Shown here: one piece after another, positions 40,742 through 60,799 of the stretch | How the letters are laid out: each line of letters starts with the position of its first letter | Numbering within the stretch: the stretch's first letter is position 1 | NCBI GenBank assembly: GCA_023213395.1 | Contig: CM041465.1 | Location: 188,859,741-188,923,740, forward strand | Direction of reading: 5' to 3' | Source of the DNA: Cycas panzhihuaensis | Taxonomy: Eukaryota; Plantae; Cycadophyta | DNA length: 64,000 bases | Made by a program: the position numbers and the translations under genes | Notes under the pieces: generated by a model | Told to the model about the DNA's origin: nothing | The model's input: the letters and a program-made list of their open reading frames with translations, nothing else | Database searches by the model: none

Positions 40742-41136
40742 CTAATTGTTCTTTATGTGTAGGAAGAAGTCCTTGTAGATAAACTCATTTTTTGAAGCAA
40801 GTCTAATAGAATAGAGATAGACAAAGTAGCTCTTAAACTTCTTTGCCTTTTGGGGGAGACCATTATATTCACAATCTTCACCTTTATAAGAAAAACTTAG
40901 CAAGTTGTATCTATAAACAACCAAATCCTGATGATTCTTGCTAAAACATATGAGATGCTAGCCATCATTTATGAACTTTGAAAAGAGTGATTTAGGTATT
41001 CAACATCATAGACTGTAGAGCTTGGAACCAAGTTTTCATAAAATTACCTAACCCTGTTGATATGAATGTTGGGGGATGAACTTGAGATTTCATAGTTGAA
41101 AAACCTGTGAATAATATTGTCATTCCTCCTCAACAT
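40742..41136 (-). pseudogene. DET1: Captured 5' fragment of DE-ETIOLATED1 (~130 codons), antisense within X2
   Basis: MLRRNDNIIHRFFNYEI..INRVR*FYENLVPSSTVYDVEYLNHSF/KFINDG*HLICFSKNHQDLVVYR..LPQKAKKFKSYFVYLYSIRLASKNEFIYKDFFLH. It is collinear with the plant DET1 N-terminus as recalled (FYENLVPSYTLYDVESPDHCFRKFTEDG..FSRNHQELIVYR..LASSNELICKDFFL). Confidence 0.92.
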
Positions 41137-41265
41137 TTGTCCCAATTTCACCTTAATCACCCTGTTACTGCTACATTTGAATTCGCTATTTGTAGGCTTT
41201 TAGTATTGAGAATAAGTAAGATTTGAAAAGGACACATAGAAGTATGTCCTCTTGTCTATTGCCGA

Positions 41266-41410
41266 TTTTTTTTTTTTTTTTTTGGGGGGGGGGGGGGGTT
41301 GGAGTACCATCTCTAGGTCACTATACAATACTTTTAATATAATCTGGAAATGAAGAATAGGATGAGTCTTCACGATATATAAATCAGTAATCTATGATGA
41401 AAATTTATAA

Positions 41411-41457
<47 letters not shown>
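41266..41457. repeat. T18-G15 homopolymers (41266-41298) and (TA)n (~41416-41457)
   Basis: Seen directly. Confidence 0.95.
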
Positions 41458-41460
<3 letters not shown>

Positions 41461-42991
41461 TGATCAATTCATCTGTGTATCCCCTATAGTGAGTAAATTA
41501 ATGCATTCTTATTGATTTATTATTGTTTAATCTATATTCTTTACATCTGTGCAATTATCATTAACAGGTGTACATATTTAATAAATATATTCATTTTTTA
41601 AAAAGTTAGTAAAAAATTAAAATAGATTTAATATATTTTTAATTCTCAATTATAGGTGTGTGGTTTTGAAATTAGCCCCCTTCACATTTAGCCTGAGCTT
41701 ACATTCTCAGTCCACGTGACCTTGATTTTTATTGTAAAGGGGCAAACTTTAAAATTTTATTAGTTACTTTTTATAATTTTAGGTTTTAAGGAATTTAATT
41801 GTATTTTATAAGTTTTGAGGTCTGAAGCCCCCTTTGGATGATCATATTGGCTCCTAGGTGACCAGGGGCTAGCCTGTTAAAGGGGCTTAACCCCCCCTTT
41901 TAATTTATTTACCATAAACAAGTCCTTGTATTGTTTTTATTATATCTTTTGATCTACGAGCCTGTTTTTTGAACGACTATATCTGTCGGAAAGGTATTTC
42001 AATTATCTACATATTAAAGTAGGATTTACTAAGATCTGATATTATTTTCTAGGATTTTAAGGCTAGTGAATTCAAGGCTTATCTTTGATCCTAATTTAGC
42101 ATATTCTTAAACATTTTAAGTAAATTTTCATTCTAAATTAATATATTTACTTAATATTAAGTTATTAAGCTATTCTTGACAATTTTTTGTTTATTTTATA
42201 GGCTTACAATTGATTTTTGTAGCCATTTAGCCCTAATTTAGCCTCCTAAAGAGAAGGAGCCCCTTTGGGAATAAAAGCGTCAAATTTGTGCATTCAAATT
42301 CCTTATAACTCTATTATAAAGCTGTCACTTTATTTTCTACCTTATAAAATTGATTGTAAAGCTCTTTAAGGCATATTTTTTGCTTATTCAAAGTCATTTT
42401 TTTCTCTTTAAAGCATTTATTTAATGGCACATTTTTCAGGATCATTTTATAAGTATACCTTATAGTTTTCTTTAGATTAAAAGAAACTCGTATAGAAAGA
42501 CATTTGTTATTTGTTTATCCTTAATATTTTTATTTTTTTAAATAGTAAAATAAATTGTAGAATCTATTTTGGTTCTCTTTTAGCTCCTTATTGATTAATC
42601 AAGGTTCTTTTCAAGGTGCATTTAGAATCATTGAAAAGTTGTTTACTTCACTTGTATATCTTCATTCAAAAGGAGCATTTGTCATTTTTATTTTGAAAGG
42701 ATAAGTATTACTTTTATTATTAAGTTTTATTTTTATTATCGATTAAAAAGAGAATCATACCTTATTAAGAAAAAACACATTCATTCTTTTTCAATTTGAA
42801 AAGCTACATATTCCTGTTATTGCTAAGTTATCTTTCACTGATTAAGAAAAAATCTATGTTGGAATCTTATTGAAAGTTCTTCTAAAAGAATATTTATCAC
42901 ATATCTTAAGTTATTTTATCATTGAAGGTTAAAAGAATTCTTATTTATTTGTTAAAACCATCATTTGGATTATTTATTAAAGTCTCTTATA

Positions 42992-43697
42992 ATGGCCACC
43001 CATCTAGATAATATGGTGATTCTCATATTTAATGGCACTAGTTTTTTATCTTAGATAATTTTGATGAAAATATTACTTATCTCCAAAAATTTATGGAATT
43101 ATGTGAATGGAGGTTATCATGATTTAAGTGTCACTTCAACTTTAGAGGAAGATCAAATATTTAAAGAAAATATGAAAAAGGATAATGAGGCCTTATCCTT
43201 AATATTTTGTGCAATAGATTACAATGTATTCACTATTGTTAGTGAAATGACCACATCAAACTGTATGGAATACCTCAGAATTGATTTATAAAGGAGATAC
43301 TTTATAACTAGATGGTACTAACTGTGTTGATGATGCTTTTCATGTGAGGCAGATGTTAGAGTAGGTAAACTTTAAAAGACTAATGTTGAATATACTAGTC
43401 AAGACTAATAAAATTGATTTCTCTAATGTTGCATTTGATGAAGTTGTATGTATCTTGGACCTGATTAATGAAAAATATAAATATCTTGACAAAGTCACTC
43501 GTAATCATTCAAATTAAGCCACACCTATTTGGAAACCACTTGAGACACATATTGCTAAAAGGATGATAGTGTAAGTTGATGATCACTTTAAGGATGATGA
43601 TAAAGCTAAAGGACGTGTTTAAAGTTTTCTTAAAATTTAAGTATCACAAGTTCAAAGAAAAGTTAAAGATGTATATGATGAATATTAAGGGGGAGAA
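42992..43697 (+). pseudogene. Copy X2 ORF (Gag N-terminus/linker/RNase H tail)
   Basis: ILIFNGTSFLS*..LWNYVNGGY..KKDNEALSLIFCAIDYNVF..FKVFLKFKYHKFKEKLKMYMMNIKGEN. Collinear with X1, with a few frameshifts. Confidence 0.85.
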
Positions 43698-45698
43698 TGT
43701 TATGATTGATATTTATCACCTAATATTACATTGGGAGTATCCAAGTTGCATGTGCCTTTATGGTAAGTATTATTTTAATGTAACTTGTTTATATTTTATA
43801 TTATTTTGAATTCAAGATTGAGGAGGGCTCTCGCCCCCCTCTTGAATATTTAATCTTTAGCTCTTAAAACCTGGTGTTTATCAACACCACTAAATTTGTA
43901 AACTTGTTACTCTTGAGAAATATGGATTAACATGGATATTCAATATATATTTTAATATGGATTGACTTATGTTCACTACTCTGCTCTGGTCTCCATTTAT
44001 CATTCTTCAATTATGAGTCTACTTATTCTTTGAGTTTCTATTCAAGTGTGGGTAATTCCTAAGCCTTTAAATTTTTGCTTATAACTTAGAGAAAGCCCCA
44101 TACACCTAGCCTTTGTGTTAAGGAGCTCTTTAAGGAGGTGAGTGACTTGACTTGGGAGTATAGGACATGGTGGTTTAAACCCTTCCTACATAGTCTAAAC
44201 TCATTTTTTTAATTCTCCCATAATCTTCTAGGTGCAAGCAAAATGCTACCAAGGTTATTATAGTATGAATTTAAAAAGAAAATTTCTAGGATAATCTTTT
44301 AATTGTGTGGCTTCTAATATATAGCCTTGATTAGATGGTGAAATAATTATTAAGAGACTCTTACAATAAATGATTATGAGGTTGGCCCCTCTTTACCTAT
44401 TATTTTTTCCTTACTTTATATTTTCTTTCATTAAATGAAATATACATAAAAGAAAATAAAAAAAACATACAAAAAGGATGACTTTTAAGTGATCATTATT
44501 GTTATTTATTATTTCGTAAGGTGTTAGCTTGAAAATGTCCTTCTATTTTCTTTTTCTTAAAAGAAAAAAGAGAAAAATAATTAGGATAAGTATAAGAGCA
44601 CCCAAAGGACCTTTTCTCTCTCTCTAAAGGTGTGTTGAATGTAAATTTAATTTCTTTTTTTCTTAAAAAAGAAAGAGAAAAAACATAATTGAGTTATTTG
44701 CACTAGTTAGGATGATATTAAAGTAGGTTATTTTTTTTATTTTTGACTAGGTTAATCTATGTATGTTATTTATGTATAAAAGAAAACTACATTCTAGACT
44801 TGCATTTAGGATTTGTATTATTTTATGTGACATCTCTAGGTTAGGTTCCATCCCTTGGCTTATGACTTATTTGATTAATTCAGACTTGACATCCTTCGCA
44901 TACAAATTTATTTTCTCTTAGGGACAAATACCTATTAACATAATGTGATTTTTGATCAATCTAGACTTGACATCCCTAACATACAAATTTCCATTTCCTT
45001 AGAATTTCTTTTTTACCTGCCATATTTTAAACACCAAAGGTATCAACTTGCCATCATGTTTTGGGTTAAGAGCAACCATTCTTTTTCATCTATATTCACC
45101 TCTAAGTGTAATAATCCTCTAGAATTAGATGCAAACATCCCTAGGACATCCATCCTTATGGGTGGATTATCATAAGGTGATAGTATCTCCAATGCTTAAA
45201 CCTTAATAATGTTGTTAATCTACGGCTTATACTCATTAGTCCTCCCATACTATAGTTAAATAACTGCATGTTTGTTGCTAATTGGATGGGTAGTATTATA
45301 GGTTAGGGCTTTTCCTATAGAAATATTTTTAGGAGGGTAGATAAATAGGAAAATCTAAGTCTCTCATTTTGGGATAGGCTCCCTTATCAACCCTCCTAAA
45401 TATTTGGAGGTTGTTTGATCTCTTTCTTAAACCAAAAGAGGACTTTTCTTGTTTAGATTGATTTGATTTGGATTGATCATCTTTCTTTCTAACTTAGGTA
45501 TATTGCTTCTTAGTTTTAATTTATTTCTTTTAAATAATGGAATTAATAAATAATAATATTTAAGATCTTATACCCTTTTATTTGATATATATTTAGTGGG
45601 TCATCCTTTTGTTGGCTTTAAGGTGCATAGTAGGAGGATTATAAATGAGTATACATCATTGTGAAGTACAAAATAATTTCTAAAAATAAAACTGATAG

Positions 45699-53118
<7,420 letters not shown>

Positions 53119-53932
53119 TATAGAATGATGGAGATAAAATAGAGCATAGTCACATAGTTAAAGTATTATTGCATAAACATATAAACCTTTCTATTCAATT
53201 CATGATAAGTAAGTACATTACAAATTTCTAAATGTAGGTGGTGTTTAAAGATACTAGAGTTGCACACCCCTCCAAATATATAATTTGGGGGAGGAGGGAA
53301 ACTCCTCAACCCCTATAATTAAGATCATGTTCATCTTATAGGTAACTCCAAAGATTATTTGTAATAAAATAATTTTATATTATTTTATGCCATTGTGAAA
53401 AATTATAGCCATCAAATATAGGGAATTGTATTTTATTTAAATTAATTGTCATTTGTACTAAAAATTTTAATACATAATAAAAAAAATATGCTTTTACCAA
53501 GTCAAAGAACTCAATAAATCAATAAACTTATATAATTTCAAATATAGTTTTTGAAAGAACTATGCAAGTAATCACAATGCCTTTGAAGAATGAAAGATAG
53601 ATGTAACTTTTATAAGTGTAAAAAGTAAGTAAACTTTTCAATAATAATAAATGGAAGAAATGCTTTCAATAAGTGTATGCCTTTCAAATAAATGACAAAC
53701 TTATAAGGTATAATTTTAGATAAACTTTGAAATATAATAAATATAGGAGCAAATTTGAATGTAACTAAGATCTTTTAACTATGCAAATCTAAAATAAGAC
53801 TTTGATGATAAAAAATAAAGAATTCTTAAGCTATTAATTTTTTAAGTAAATAACTATAAATTTGAGTAAGAAATTACTTTCTTTTTCAATGTAAGAAATC
53901 ATTTTGTCTTGATATATAATACTAAAAATCTG

Positions 53933-54082
<150 letters not shown>

Positions 54083-56121
54083 TTTCACTTTGAAAGATAA
54101 AAAATATAAAGAAGAAACTTAAACAAAATGAATTGTACTCATTTTATGTTGCAAGTCCACTTGGCTTGTCACTTGCCTTAGATGTATATGAGCAAGTTTT
54201 ACTATAAATTAACTTAAAAGAAGCTATACAAAAGTTAAATAGAAACCTCAAACATGTATCATAAGTGATCAATAATAAATGAAATAAAGTACTCTTTAAA
54301 AAGAGTTTAGAGGATAAGCCTATTGGGATATCTTGAATGCTCAAGTTGAACAGCTTTAAAGTTATACTAAACAATATCAAAATAAGGTGAAATTATACCA
54401 ATTTGAAGATAATAAAATATCTATTCAATAAAATTAACCATTTTAAGAATGAATTCCTACAAGTTAAGATTTTAATATATCAAAGATGTAGTCCTTCTTT
54501 TGAGGCTTAACAAGAGCCTAGAGCTCAAAATGTTGGGGTTAATGCCCATCACCCCACTCACACCTTCCAACCAGGAGTGCACACCTCACTCTCATCAATT
54601 TACACATGTGGGTGTTCAGATGTGAAGGTAAGTATAAGGTAATGTTAAGTTGATTTGATTTAATTTGAGTTAAGTTCATTTGAGTTAAGTTATATTTTAT
54701 TGTTGTTTGAATTTTAAGGGTTGAGGAGTTTCCCTCCTCCTCCAAACTATGTATTTGGAGGGGTGTGTAACCCTGGTATCTTTAGAGATCACATACTTTT
54801 GGACATTTATAAAGCTCTCTTACAATAATAGATTGAATACAAAGGATCTTGTGTTTGTGCAACAATGATGTATTGATCTATGATTATTTTATTTATTTTT
54901 TCTATATTTGGTATCAGAGCCATTTGGGCCTATATTATTTTCCAACATCTGGTATTAGAGTAGATATTGATGGGCTATTGCATCTCCATTTGAAGTTTTT
55001 GAAAAGTAAGAAGATTTATTGATATATACAACATATCTACTCACAAGCTAGCAAATATTGGTTGTATTCATTTTATGTAAAATTTATTAGCAAGTTTCTT
55101 ATATTTTTTATCAGATATTTAATTATTTTTAAGTTACACTTGTGAAATAATAAATATATTTTAGATTTTCTTTTAGATTTATGTAGGTACATAGCTGTAA
55201 ACAATAAATATCAAGTTTTTGTCACTCTACAGAGGTTTTATCAATAAGTTTTATATATTTCAATCATATATTTGACCATTTTCAAGCATATTTTTTGTCT
55301 ATTTATCTAATATTTTTTTAGATCTGTGCAGGGGCATAATTGCAAGTAATATTTATTTAAGTTTTTCTTCAATATATTCTTTAGATCTGCTTATGTTATC
55401 AAAAATTGACCATTTTTCTGGTTTATTTTGTTTATATCTGTAACATTTACTTCAGATCTATAATATTGGCTACATATTTACAATATTTACTTTAGATTTA
55501 TAATACTTACTTCAAATCTGTATATTTTGCATATATTTAACCATTTTTTTTAAGTTCTTTTTTTAGATCTGTAACTTTTGGTTTATATTCAGCCCAACAA
55601 GCCATATATTATAGCAGATCTGCCTACTGGAGAAATCTGTTTGAAGCTTCAATTTGTGTGGAAGAAGATCTCATCTTTTGAAGTCAACCTGATACAAATC
55701 TACTACAGTTGCTTACCAGGTTCTTCTTAATTTATTTTTAAATTTAAACATATATTTTCTAATTTATTTGATATCTCTTCTCTTGTACATTTAAAAAATC
55801 TTAGATACAAATATATATGCATTCTATTTTTTTTGATATATTTTTGTTAATATATTTAGATTTGTTCTCATAACTTAAAACTTTGTAGATCCATGCTCCT
55901 CACATTGATATTTCATTTTTTATAAGATTTACATTATATATATTTTTTGAGATCTTTAGCATATATTTTAGCACCTGTACCATAACTTACAAGGAGTTGT
56001 GATGTACAACATTCTCCAGACATAAACGAGTAAGAGAATGCATGAGTATTTTCATTTGTGATTGAAAAGGACTGAAAAAACTACCAATTAATTACATTCT
56101 TTATAAAAAGAATACAACAAA

Positions 56122-56381
56122 ATTCCCCCTCAAGAAAAAAAAAAATTCTGGGTATTTAATCTTGTAGGCGAGGAGAAGGCATATTATTTCTATACTCTAC
56201 TTTCCATGATCCATATAATCCCCTAGAAACAAATAATTTGCTGCTAGGGGAAAGCCACCATACTCAAACAACCTCAAAAGGTCTGAATATTAACCATGTA
56301 TATCACCACAGATTTTTAAAGGTGCCTCTACTCTAATAGATTGGGCTGACTGATGAAAATCTCCTTCGAAGCATAATATAA
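56122..56381 (-). pseudogene. TOPP: Captured fragment of protein phosphatase 1 catalytic subunit (PP1/TOPP), antisense within X3
   Basis: [81 protein letters not shown]. It has the PPP motifs GDxHG, GDxVDRG (eroded) and RGN with PP1-specific flanks. Confidence 0.96.
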
Positions 56382-56383
56382 AC

Positions 56384-56862
56384 TTACAATACATTTGCTT
56401 TAACTTTAGCCCATGATTGTATGCCATTGAGAGCTAGATCAGAAGGCTAATTTGAAACTGGGGTTTGTAGTTGAGAGATAAATAACTCCTCAATTGCTTG
56501 TGCTATTATATCATCATTAGCCCCTCTGTGCTGTTGATTATCATCTACCCAACTACTAAGATGATTGCCTAGCCTTCCACTTCTTAGCATTTGGAAAATA
56601 GAATCCAAACTTGGAGTTAAAATACTTTTAAGATTCCTCTTAGTAAAGCCTCTGTCATTATTACCCTTTGGCCAATGGACTGCAAAGTAATAGGTGGCCT
56701 AATCAAAAGTGGATGCTGAAAGGCTATCCTGCTATCATCCGTTTTGCCAAGAAGATTATATATAGAGGTAGTGCACCTTTGTTGATGTGTTAATCCAAAT
56801 ACTTCAACATGCATTACATGAAATAAATCATTGGGGTAATGACCATCTGCCCCCAAAGCCCT
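56384..56862 (-). pseudogene. UPL1: Captured fragment of a UPL1/UPL2-type (HUWE1-like) HECT E3 ligase central region, antisense within X3
   Basis: YPNDLFHVMHVEVFG...RCTTSIYNLLGKT..FQHPLL, then after a frameshift LDSIFQMLRSGRLGNHLSSWVDDNQQ..AQAIEELFISQLQTP. This matches recalled plant UPL1/2-like sequence (LHVMPVEVFGSRR.GRTTSIYNLLGRT..HPLL..LDTIFRSLRNGRHGHRLNLWVDDNQQ..QGLEELLVSQLRRP). Confidence 0.82.
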
Positions 56863-58839
56863 GCATTCCACTTCTCATAAATGAACCAAATATTGGTTCT
56901 CTTAAGATCGTCAGATCAAATATGATCATCATTTTAGAGAACAACATACGAGGCCTATCTGTCATGCCGCTGTTACCTTTTATACTCAGCCTTTCAAGGA
57001 CCTTCTCTCATACATCGTAATCATCTATTTATATCTACTAGATTTGATACAATGTGTTCACTGATGACTACTAGTTTACTCACTCACTTTAATTCATGAA
57101 CAACTGTAGCATGCAGATGTGAATATGGTTTTCTAGTTAGGCTATATTACGCCTAGAGATTCTACTACAAACATCTCTTTCACTAGGTCCTCCTTAATGC
57201 AGCGAGGCCATCGAATCATCATTCTTACTAGGATTTACACTGGGAATTCCATAATTAGTAGAGGGGATTTTAGGCAATCAGTACATTGAAGGATCGTTGT
57301 TCATCCCAGGTGCTGATTAAGCCCCATATTCTATAAAAAAAATCTGTTTTAAGCATACTAGGACAAGCAGAGACAACCATCAAAGTCTGATTCAAATTAA
57401 TCTAATAATCAAAGTTGAAACCCTAACCTTTGAAACTGGTGCAACAACATCTGCATGCCAATGGTGGTGGTATCAGAGAGAATGGTGGCACCATTTTTAA
57501 TTTATTGATTCAAATTTTATTTTATTCTTTTATTTTTTTAAGGTTAAAGAAAAAAATTAAAGTAAATTATATAAGATTTTAAATCCAGGGTTAAAAGGGG
57601 TATAATCCCTATTAAGACTTTAGCTCCTAGTCACTTTAACTTCACATGACTGATAGTTCCTTTTAAAAGGGGTTAACATAATCTTTATTATATTTTCTTT
57701 TTACTTTTTTTATTTTTTCATTAAATATAGGGTACCTGGTAAATTTTTGCCATAACTTTTGACTGGGTCATCAGTTTCTAACAAAACATACCCCATTGCA
57801 CCCAAAATTTTCTGAGGTATGATTTTGACTAGTCATATGACCTATTTGGAGCCGATTTAACCTATTTTTAGTCAGTTTAAAGTCACCTATTAATTTTTGA
57901 AGCCATTTTAAACTATTTTCATAAAATCACTTTTTTGTCAAATTATATCTTATTATCGGAAGACTATTTTCCACCTAGATCTATTCTAAAGTTATTTATT
58001 ATTAGAAAAAATTATTACCATTTATTTATTTTATATTTTAAGATTTATTTTACTCATTATTTTAATTACTGAAAGCGATACTTTAGCACATTTTTAAACA
58101 TTTTACCATAAAAGTACTTATTGTTATTTTTATTATAACTTTTCTATTTTACATTAGAATTTAGATCCATCAGTTTCATTGGGAAATTGACTCACTCCTC
58201 TTTGAATTAAAACTACTATTTATAAGTTTTGAAGTATTTTTACTAATTTTCAAATCCATCAAAGTTGAGGTACTTAATAGCCTCTAATCTGCTATTATTA
58301 CATATTATATATATATTATTTCTCAAATTTTCAATTAAAAAGTATATTGAGCATCCTTCTAAGCTATAATTGATCATTTTATAGTATTCTATAAGTTTTT
58401 TATTAACATTTTTATAATATTTTGAGCCCTAAGATCTTGTTAAGCCTCAAAAGGAGGTCTATATCTTTGGTTCATTAAAATATTAACTTGTAGGAACCCA
58501 TTTTTAAAACGAATAGTTCCATTAAATAGTTCTTTCATTGATCTTCATACTAGTGTAATTTCACGTTATTCTGACTTTATTTAGTATAGCTTTGAAGTTG
58601 TTAAACTTGGGCATCAAAGTATATCCTAGTAGCCTTATCTTAAGAACATTTTATTTTTTCATCTTCAAAGTTTCAATTCAGACCCAGTTAAGAGGATCTT
58701 CATTATATTCAAAATTTACTCATATATTCATTATATTTTAAATTTTATCTGAAATTATATCTTATAAGTTTATCACTTATTAAGTTTTTTTGACTTGGTA
58801 AAAGCATATCCTTTTTTATAAACTAAAGTTTTCTGTCAA

Positions 58840-59564
58840 ATGGCAATCAATTTTAATAAAGTGTAATTTACTATAATTGATGGAAATAATTTTTCACAAT
58901 GGTATCAAACAATACAATATTATTTTATTACACATGATCTTTAGAGTTACCTACAAGATAAATATGATGTTAGTATTAAGTAAAATATTAAAAAAGACAA
59001 TGAAGAAATAACTTTACTATTTTGCATTATAAATGATGATGTCTTTTCTAAAGTTTATGAATTACCAACTTCTAAATCCATATGGGATGTCTTGATTTCT
59101 ACTTATGGGGGAGATACCCTCAATGAATTTAACATTAATATTGAGCATGTGAGACAGGTGCTAGAATAGGTGGATTGTAATAAAAAGACTAAGGAAGATT
59201 CAAGTCCAATGCATAATCATCTTGTTGCACAATAACCTAATCCTCCATTTAAAGGGGAGAAATATGATGATATGATACTTGCTCATAACATAAAATTTTC
59301 AGAAGATAAAGTTCAAGTTCAAAGTTTTCTTAAAGTTCTAGTTGACAAAGTTAAAGTTGCAGATACACATACATATTTGAATCAAGCTTCATTTACTCAT
59401 AGTTTTTTTGTACCACTCAATGGTAAAAGGACACACATTATTAAAATGATGAGAAGAGTTGATAATGATCAAGCCAAAAGATAAATCTTTAAAGTTATTT
59501 TCAAGTACAAATTCTACAAGTTTAAAGAGAGGACATTGTTCGTGATAATCATTAAGGGGAAGAA
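58840..59564 (+). pseudogene. Copy X3 ORF (Gag N-terminus/linker/RNase H tail)
   Basis: One frame from ATG 58840: IIDGNNFSQW..KKDNEEITLLFCIINDDVFSKVYELPTSKSIWDVLISTYG..DNDQAKR*IFKVIFKYKFYKFKE..IKGKN. Confidence 0.85.
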
Positions 59565-60799
59565 TATTGGGGTTAATGATCATCACCCCACTCCCACCTT
59601 CTAACCAAGACTGCACACCTCACTCTCATCAATTTACACATGTGGATTCTCACATGTGAAGATAAGTATAAGGTAAGTTTAAGTTGATTTAATTTAATTT
59701 AAGTTAAGTTATATTTTATTGTTGTTTGAATTTTAGAGGTTGAGGAGTTTCCTTCCTCCCCCAAACTATATATTTAGAGGGGTTATAACCCTAGTGTCTT
59801 TAGACACTACCTACTTTTAGATATTTATAAATCTCTCTTACAACAATGGATTGAATACAAAGGATCTTATATTTATGCAACAATGATGTATTGATCTATG
59901 ATTATTTTATTTATGTTCTGCCCTGTTCTCTATCTTTTATTTTTCCTACACAAAATATTATGAAACACTAGTGAAAAACTTGTAGAACAATGTGAAATGA
60001 TCAAATATAGTGTAGAGAGCTACTTAATATACTTTTCAGTTAAAAAACTTGAGAAATAATATATTTAAATATGTAATAATGGCAAATTAGGAATTGTTAT
60101 ATACCTCAACTTTTAGGGCTTAGAACACCTATAAAATAGATTCAAAATATAATAGAACTAATTTAAAATTATAGATATCTAAAAAATCTTTCACCAGAAT
60201 CAGATAGTACTCAATTATGAGCTTTGAAGCTCAAGATATTAAAGAAATTGTAAAAAGTATCCTGCTAAAGTTAATAAAATAGAGAGCAAAAATAAGATCA
60301 ACTTTGATCTACTCAAACTTGCAAGATATTGAGTCAAATTAGGCAAAAGACAACTTCAGGTAGTAGTGCTCTGAATCAGGATTTCAACGAATCTTGTGGT
60401 TTTGAAATCTGATTTCCTATTGAGGAGATATAGTTGAAAATGTAAGTAGTAGTTTTTATGTAAATATGGTAAAAACCACTAAAGTGTTACTTTCACTAAT
60501 TAAAATAATGATTAAAATAAATGCTGAAAAATAAAATGAGTAAATGGTGATGAAGTTTGCTAAAAATAGATGGCTACTAAATAGATCTGGGTAAAAAATA
60601 GTCTTTCAGTGATAAAATATAACTTGATAAAAAAAGGATTTTGTGAAAATAGTTTAAAAAGACTTTGAAAATGAATGATTGACTTTAAACTAATTGAAAG
60701 CAGGCTAAATCAACTCCGAATATGGCATATGACCAGCCAAAATTACACCTTAGAAAATTTTGGAGGTAATGGGATAGGTTTCATCAGAAATTCATACTC

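Larger units (their letters stand above)
34312..44009 (+). mobile_element. Non-autonomous Gag-only LTR element, copy X2 (same family as X1), carrying DET1 cargo
   Basis: LTRs 34312-34624 and 43698-44009, TSD ATTAT. PBS split by the nested copia; PPT at 43687-43697. Confidence 0.93.
29900..45640. mobile_element. Probable long gypsy-type LTR/UTR sequence hosting X1 and X2
   Basis: Own pieces at ~29900-30443, 34035-34311 and 44010-45640 are non-coding and LTR-like, with a TATA-like site at ~30202 and a pyrimidine-rich downstream part. Termini not resolved. Confidence 0.35.
54531..59950 (+). mobile_element. Non-autonomous Gag-only LTR element, copy X3, carrying PP1 and UPL cargo
   Basis: LTRs 54531-54906 and 59565-59950, TSD CAAAA. 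Perfect PBS TGGTATCAGAGC at 54909-54920; PPT at 59554-59564. Confidence 0.93.

Noticed and set aside
59248-59270. Internal PPT-like AAAGGGGAGAAA in the X3 ORF
   Set aside because: Not seen at the equivalent position in X1 or X2; may simply encode KGEK.
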